64,000 nucleotides of DNA, from assembly GCA_963743175.1 (NCBI GenBank), contig CAVUOQ010000003.1:167680-231679 (forward strand). Direction: 5' to 3'. The DNA is from an uncultured delta proteobacterium (GTDB lineage Bacteria > Desulfobacterota > Syntrophia > Syntrophales > Fen-1087). Made by a program: the position numbers and the translations under genes. Position 1 is the stretch's first letter. The number at the start of each line of letters is the position of its first letter. Below the pieces are notes generated by a model that was given only the letters and a program-made list of their open reading frames with translations, did not search any database and had not been told where the DNA came from. Positions 57,087-64,000 of this stretch are shown in pieces.

Positions 57087-59266
57087 AATCTCTGCCTTCC
57101 CACGTCACGAATAAAGTTTTTTAATTGCAACAGGCTAAAAGGTTTCTTCAGAAGGAGGTCCGCCTTGGGGGCCGTCTTGCCGGACTGCCCATAAACAGCA
57201 GATTCAGAGGAATAAAGAATCACGGTCAGCAGGGGGAATCGTTCCCGGATCCTTTTCAGGAGGTCCCACCCGTCCATCCCCGGGAGTTTGATCTCCGAAA
57301 TCACCATATCAACTTCCGGATAATCTTCCAGATAAGTGATGATGTCTTCAGGGGTATCATCCAGACCCGGGGACCAGCCCACGGCATCGATGAAATTCAT
57401 CTTCAGTTCATTCAAAAAGGCATGGTCATGATCAATGCAGAACATCGTCGGACGGATATCAATGCGGGTTTGGCCGTCTACGGGCAAGAATATGGAGAAC
57501 CGGCTTCCCAATCCCGGTCGGGATAGAACCCCGATCAGGCCCTGATGATCCTTGATCAGGCCGTAAGAGATGGAAAGTCCCAGGCCGGTCCCCTCCTTGT
57601 CCCTGCGCGTGGAAAAGAAGGGTTCAAAAATATGATCCAGCACGTCCCTTTCCATGCCCGTGCCGTTATCCTCGATCTCGATCAGGATCGCCTTGAGCCG
57701 TTTAAGGTATCTTGCGGTAATAATGATTCGCCCTTTCCGGTCGGCGGGAATGGCCTGGTGGGCGTTGATCAGCAGATTGGCAATCACCTGTTCGATTTTC
57801 TGAAAGTGTCCGTGAATGGGCGGCAGATTGCTGTCAACATAACGATCGATACGGGATACCGTTTTCCGGATTTGAGCGCCCACAAGGATCAGCACACCCT
57901 GGATGACTTCACTGATCTGAACGGGTTTCTTCTGAGCCGATTCATCCGATCGGGCAAATTCTTTCAGGCCCGAAACAACGCGTTTGATCCGCTGGGCGGC
58001 AATCTTGAACTCCTCAATGATTTCCTTCATATTCATGCAGACTTCTACATAGCGGATTCCCTTATCGCCCCAGTCGGGATGGGAGGCGCCGTCACTGGCA
58101 AGAATCGGCTCAATGGCTTTCCACATTTCTTCCAGCAGGGGAATATTGTAGGCAATAAAACTGACGGGGTTGTTGATCTCATGGGCGACGCCGGCCACAA
58201 CCTCACCCAGTGCCGTCAATTTATGGGATTGAATCATCTGCTGAAGGCGGAGTTCTCCCTCCTGTCGGATGCGGCGGTCCTCCGTGACATCCCGCCATGC
58301 GCCGACCATGTATTTTCGGGACCGATTGTCGGTGCGAATCAAGCGCCGGGAATCCGAAAACCATCGATAGGACCCGTCGGCAGCCTGGAAACGGTATTCA
58401 CTCTGATAAGCCCCTTTGCGGACGACCGTTTTCAGTTCCGCGAGGATCCTTTCGCGATCATCGGGATGGATGTGCTCCTGCCAGAAGAATGGATTTTCGA
58501 TAAACTGCTGCGGGGTGTACCCGGTCATTTCGCTGATGGTATGGCTGATGAAGGTGGTCTTGAAGTGCTTGTCGGCGCTGCAGGTGTAAGAAACAATCGG
58601 CAGTGATTTCAAAATGAGCGAAAGCTGTTCCGTCGTTTCCCTGAGCGCCTTTTCCGCCCGTTCGCGCTCCCGGAGTTCCGCCTGCAGCGCTTTGTTTGCC
58701 CGGGCCAATTCCCGTGTCCGCTCCCGGACCTTGGATTCCAGATCTCCATAGGCCTTCAACAGGGCGGCTTCCGCCTGCTTTGCCTCGGTGATGTCTTCCA
58801 GGGTTTCGACGGCGCCGACCAGCGCACCTTTAGCATTCCGGATGACAGCCGCCGTGAAGCGCAGCCATCTTCCCCTGTCGCCGAGGTCCGGGAAGAAATC
58901 CGTCGCCTCGTAAGCCTCATCGATCAGTGTGGATTTTGTGAACTTTCCTGCATACCAGCGGAGAATCGCCTCCGGGGATTCATCCACCAGCAGATCGGCC
59001 ATGCAGGGTCGCTCGGCGCCGTAGAATGCCCGCCAGTGTTGACGGGTTCCGATCACCTCTTCGGCCCTGATCCCACTGAGTTCCGCCAGCGCCCTGTTCC
59101 AATAGATAACCTTGCGGTCTCTTCCAATCACAAAAGCCGGAATGGGCGAACTCCCGATGACGCTGTGCAGATACTGCTCGCCATTGCTGATAAGTTCATC
59201 CGCCCACTTACATTCGTATTCTGCTGTTTCGTGGAGTCGATCCTGATGGTGATGTTTCTTTATCAT
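57083..59266 (-). CDS. cytoplasmic PAS sensor histidine kinase with C-terminal degenerate receiver domain
   Basis: One special PAS-like module (SPIPAFVIGRDRKVIYWNRALAELS..), a second PAS, H-box VAGVAHEINNP, HATPase (DNGTGM..GTGLGLS), then a REC-like domain with ISEIKLPGMDG. Confidence 0.9.
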   Translation of the reverse strand: MIKKHHHQDRLHETAEYECKWADELISNGEQYLHSVIGSSPIPAFVIGRDRKVIYWNRALAELSGIRAEEVIGTRQHWRAFYGAERPCMADLLVDESPEAILRWYAGKFTKSTLIDEAYEATDFFPDLGDRGRWLRFTAAVIRNAKGALVGAVETLEDITEAKQAEAALLKAYGDLESKVRERTRELARANKALQAELRERERAEKALRETTEQLSLILKSLPIVSYTCSADKHFKTTFISHTISEMTGYTPQQFIENPFFWQEHIHPDDRERILAELKTVVRKGAYQSEYRFQAADGSYRWFSDSRRLIRTDNRSRKYMVGAWRDVTEDRRIRQEGELRLQQMIQSHKLTALGEVVAGVAHEINNPVSFIAYNIPLLEEMWKAIEPILASDGASHPDWGDKGIRYVEVCMNMKEIIEEFKIAAQRIKRVVSGLKEFARSDESAQKKPVQISEVIQGVLILVGAQIRKTVSRIDRYVDSNLPPIHGHFQKIEQVIANLLINAHQAIPADRKGRIIITARYLKRLKAILIEIEDNGTGMERDVLDHIFEPFFSTRRDKEGTGLGLSISYGLIKDHQGLIGVLSRPGLGSRFSIFLPVDGQTRIDIRPTMFCIDHDHAFLNELKMNFIDAVGWSPGLDDTPEDIITYLEDYPEVDMVISEIKLPGMDGWDLLKRIRERFPLLTVILYSSESAVYGQSGKTAPKADLLLKKPFSLLQLKNFIRDVGRQRL

Positions 59267-59424
59267 TCAGCACACGCCCCGGGGAATCATTGACAGCACC
59301 CACCACGTCCTGACTTCCCTATACCAGACGACTTACATCCGCACAAGCGGCATTGACGAATTTGGACAATCATCTGAATTTTTGCGAGTCCAGCAGCATG
59401 GCCGGCGTGGACGAGTCCTGTTAA

Positions 59425-60915
59425 TCAAGTCAGCAGAAGATTCACGACGTAAACGAACAACCCCATGACAGCCGAATAGACCGCGCAGTACAGAAACGTC
59501 CTGCGGACGATAGACCGTTCCTCCGATTGCAGCCCCACCGTGGCGGCCGCGACCGAGATGCTCTGCGGCGAGATCATTTTCCCCGCCGTCGCCCCCGACG
59601 TGTTGGAGGCGACGATCCAGGAAACGTCGGCGCCGATCTGCTTTGCCGTTTCCCGCTGGAGCTCCCCGAGCAGAATGTTGGAAGCGGTGTCGCTTCCCGT
59701 CACGAATGTTCCGATAGCGCCCAAACCAGGGGCAAGCAGGGGATAGGCCTTCCCGGAGACCGTCGAAAGCAGGGTTGCCGTGGATGCCACCATTCCCGAA
59801 TAGCCCATGACCTTCGCCAGGGCCACGATGTTGATGATGGTCCAGGCGCTCCACTTGATCCGGTCCAGCGACTGGAAGAAAACCCGACCGACCGTCTTCG
59901 GCGAGAGTCCCTGCAAGAGCGATCCGGCGATCGCCGAGACAAACAGAAGCGTTCCCGGCGTGGTGAGCCAGTCGACCCTCACGGCGCTTGTGCCCACGGG
60001 CACGGCAAAGACAAAGGGGGCGCGCTTCAGAAAATCGAGCGGCAGGAGGCGCGTGATCACGACGAAGGCAAGCAGGATAATGTAAGATGCCAGCGCCAGG
60101 AGGAGTTTCCTCTGATCGACATCCGCTTCCCATTTCCCGCTGACGGATTTGTAGAGAATATACAGGGCAAGCGACCCAAGAGAGCCCATGACGGCCACGA
60201 GTTCGGGGCCGAGGAAGAAGGCCGTGAGGGTTTGGATGCCGCCGAAGAGGACTCCGAGGACGAGAACCTCCGGGAGGGAAGCGCCAAGGCCTTTTGGCCC
60301 TCCGTTGCTGATCAGGGCAATCGCCACGGGAACCAGGATGCTGAAGGGCAAAAGCTGCAAGGCCACATTGTGCGTCAGCGTCACGAGATCAAGCCCGGTG
60401 ATCTGGGCGAGCACAATGACGGGAATGCCAAGGGCGCCGAAGGCCACAGGCACCGAGTTGGCCACCAGCGCGATTACGGCGGCGGTGATGGGTGCAAAGC
60501 CCATCGTGATAAGGACCGCTGTGGGGATCGCGACGGCCGTCCCGAAGCCCGCCACGCCCTCCAGAAACCCCCCGAAACAGTAAGCGATGATGACGGCCTG
60601 GATATTGCGATCCGGCGAGAGCGTCACCAGAGTGGCCCGGACCGTTTCCATGGCGCCCGACTCGACTCCGGCAAAATAAGTAAAGACGGCGGCAAGAATG
60701 ACCCAGATGATGGGGATCAGGGCGATAAGGCCGCCCTCGAGCACCGATGAGATGAGCCGAGCGGAGGCCATCTTCCAGACAAAACAGGCCAGGAGCGCCG
60801 TGACAATCAGGGCCGCCAGCGTGACAGAGTGAGACTTGAATTTCGTGGCCGTGAGTCCCGTAAAAAGAAGGATCAGAGGAATCGTGCTGATAAGACCGAA
60901 TATCAGGCTGTCCAT
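59425..60915 (-). CDS. lctP: L-lactate permease family (LctP) transporter
   Basis: Polytopic, about 496 aa; ..FGGFLEG.AGFG...AI.. and ..GSDT.SN.L.G.LQ.. LctP signatures. Start at MDSLIFG after GGAGAT. Confidence 0.8.
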   Translation of the reverse strand: MDSLIFGLISTIPLILLFTGLTATKFKSHSVTLAALIVTALLACFVWKMASARLISSVLEGGLIALIPIIWVILAAVFTYFAGVESGAMETVRATLVTLSPDRNIQAVIIAYCFGGFLEGVAGFGTAVAIPTAVLITMGFAPITAAVIALVANSVPVAFGALGIPVIVLAQITGLDLVTLTHNVALQLLPFSILVPVAIALISNGGPKGLGASLPEVLVLGVLFGGIQTLTAFFLGPELVAVMGSLGSLALYILYKSVSGKWEADVDQRKLLLALASYIILLAFVVITRLLPLDFLKRAPFVFAVPVGTSAVRVDWLTTPGTLLFVSAIAGSLLQGLSPKTVGRVFFQSLDRIKWSAWTIINIVALAKVMGYSGMVASTATLLSTVSGKAYPLLAPGLGAIGTFVTGSDTASNILLGELQRETAKQIGADVSWIVASNTSGATAGKMISPQSISVAAATVGLQSEERSIVRRTFLYCAVYSAVMGLFVYVVNLLLT

Positions 60916-60958
60916 CTCTATCTCCGTCCTGTTTGAATAAGAGTGAGAGCGCCTCATT

Positions 60959-61110
60959 CCTTAAAAATGGCTTCGCCGCGGCTCAAAAATCTTTCCCGCT
61001 AAGAGAACAACCAGTCGCCATCATGATCTATTGCAAACCGTTAACGTTATTTCTGGAAAGGCGGAAAACATTTGATTCGCCGCTTGCGAACCATTTTTCA
61101 GGTGTTATGC
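60959..61110 (-). repeat. family-B interspersed repeat, copy 4
   Basis: CCTTAAAAATGGCTTCGCCGCGG...GATTCGCCGCTTGCGAACCATTTTTCAGGTGTTATGC. Confidence 0.85.
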
Positions 61111-61146
61111 GAAGCACCGCTCCGTGCGTGTTTTAGAGGCAGTGAT

Positions 61147-62781
<1,635 letters not shown>

Positions 62782-62795
62782 TTACTTTTAAACCT

Positions 62796-64000
62796 TCAGC
62801 CGAGTTCGCTGAGAACCACATCGGCGATCTGTCCGCAATACTTTTCCGTCACTGTTACTGACGGCCCCTCCACCATCACGCGGCACATGTTCTGGGTACC
62901 GGAATAGCGGACCAGAACTCGTCCCTCATTGCCGAGTTCTCTTTCCGCTTGCCGGATCGCCTCCACAAGCCGGGGGATTGTGGCGATGTCCGGTTTGCGC
63001 TTGACGTCCACATTGATCAGTTTCTGCGGAAAGATGTCCATCATGGCCGCCATCTCGGACAGGGGCTTGCCTTCCCTGATCATCGCGGCAATGAGCTGCA
63101 TGGCTGCAACGATGCCGTCACCGGTGGTGTGGTGGTCCAGGAAGATCATATGCCCCGCTTCCTCGCCGCCGATGATCGCTCCCATGCTCAACATGTCTTC
63201 GAGGACATAGCGGTCGCCCACTTTGGAGGCGTGGTGTCTGAAGCCGTATTTCTTGCAGGCCATCCTCAATCCCAGGTTGCTCATCACGGTGGTAACGAGC
63301 AGGTCTTTCTTCAATTTACCGTCTTTTTTGAGCATATTCGCGCAAATGATGAGCACCTGATCGCCCGTGATTCCATTGCCCTTTTCATCCACGGCGATGA
63401 GACGGTCGCCGTCCCCGTCAAAAGCCAGCCCGATGGCCGCTCCGGTCTCCACCACTCTTTTCTTCAGGTCATCGGTGTGCTGTGAGCCGCATTGGTCGTT
63501 GATGTTAAGGCCGTTCGGGTTATTGTGGATGACTTCCACCTCGGCGCCGAGCTCCGTGAATGCTGTGGGCGCGACCCTGTAGGTGGCGCCGTTGGCCGTG
63601 TCCAGCACGATTTTCAGCCCTTCCATGGACAGATTACGGGGAAATGTGTTTTTTAGAAAGACGATGTATCGCCCCTGGACGTCTTCCATGCGGAAGGCCT
63701 TTCCCATCCCCTTTGCCGCAGGCAGGAAATCGATGAGCTTGTTGTTGAGGATCAGGTCTTCGATAGTCTCTTCCTCTTCATCGGTCAGCTTGAAGCCGTT
63801 CCCGCTGAAGATCTTGAGCCCGTTGTCCTGATAGGGATTGTGGGAAGCAGAAATCACGATGCCGGCATCGGCTCGCATGCTCTGGGCGATAAAGGCGATG
63901 CCGGGGGTGGGCAGCACACCGACCAGGTAGGGGTGTCCTCCCATGGAGGTGATCCCCGCTTCGAGAGAGCTTTCCAGCATGTACCCGGAAATCCGGGTAT
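62796..64000 (-). CDS. glmM: phosphoglucosamine mutase (C-terminal about 400 aa; N-terminus beyond window end)
   Basis: ..GIVISASHNPYQDNG(L)KIF.. phosphoserine loop, ..AFDGDGDR.. Mg site, ..GGEEAGH... The frame stays open to position 64000. Confidence 0.9.
   Translation of the reverse strand, partial: TRISGYMLESSLEAGITSMGGHPYLVGVLPTPGIAFIAQSMRADAGIVISASHNPYQDNGLKIFSGNGFKLTDEEEETIEDLILNNKLIDFLPAAKGMGKAFRMEDVQGRYIVFLKNTFPRNLSMEGLKIVLDTANGATYRVAPTAFTELGAEVEVIHNNPNGLNINDQCGSQHTDDLKKRVVETGAAIGLAFDGDGDRLIAVDEKGNGITGDQVLIICANMLKKDGKLKKDLLVTTVMSNLGLRMACKKYGFRHHASKVGDRYVLEDMLSMGAIIGGEEAGHMIFLDHHTTGDGIVAAMQLIAAMIREGKPLSEMAAMMDIFPQKLINVDVKRKPDIATIPRLVEAIRQAERELGNEGRVLVRYSGTQNMCRVMVEGPSVTVTEKYCGQIADVVLSELG

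Noticed and set aside
59333-60133. The 266-aa minus-strand ORF overlapping lctP in another frame.
   Set aside because: It is a Gly/Arg/Pro-rich low-complexity translation. The lctP frame has the full polytopic transporter pattern.

Overview
The window is 64 kb of chromosomal, mostly housekeeping DNA. It has about 60 protein genes, mostly on the minus strand, plus one tRNA(CAU) and RNase P RNA. The gene content suggests an anaerobic deltaproteobacterium-like organism: sigma-54 two-component systems, acyl-CoA dehydrogenases, an ADP-forming acyl-CoA synthetase, a TRAP transporter and a class I FbaB. A Syntrophus/Smithella-type guess cannot be verified without a search. Recognisable blocks are pilC-rlmB-pyrF-rpoZ-gmk-yicC, plsC-ftsK-rimO, ppsA, rnpB, dnaG-rpoD, a partial his cluster, dctPQM plus acyl-CoA synthetase, trkAH, lspA-ileS, groESL, pit, fbaB, lctP, pyrG and glmM. 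No transposase, integrase, phage, CRISPR or defence genes were seen. The points worth a second look are these. (1) Two families of about 155-165 bp structured, MITE-like interspersed repeats (9 copies) sit at gene 3' ends. Family A has target-site duplications, compensatory stem changes, and donates the GA of host TGA stop codons. (2) A perfect sigma-54 promoter drives an orphan ATP-synthase c-subunit-like gene plus an output-less double-Cache membrane protein, divergent from a PAS kinase/NtrC-type pair. (3) Single-nucleotide frameshifts cluster at 38.2-44.9 kb and break trkH, ileS and groEL, and a separate one breaks a HIT gene. (4) The primary sigma factor has a strongly divergent region 4.2. 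(5) One unusual PAS-like module recurs six times in three proteins, including a stand-alone triple-PAS protein. (6) A marR / ACAD-like / MoxR / VWA / small Cys-protein operon is present. All calls rest on reading the sequence and on remembered family motifs. No database search was possible, and RNA ends and promoter calls are approximate.
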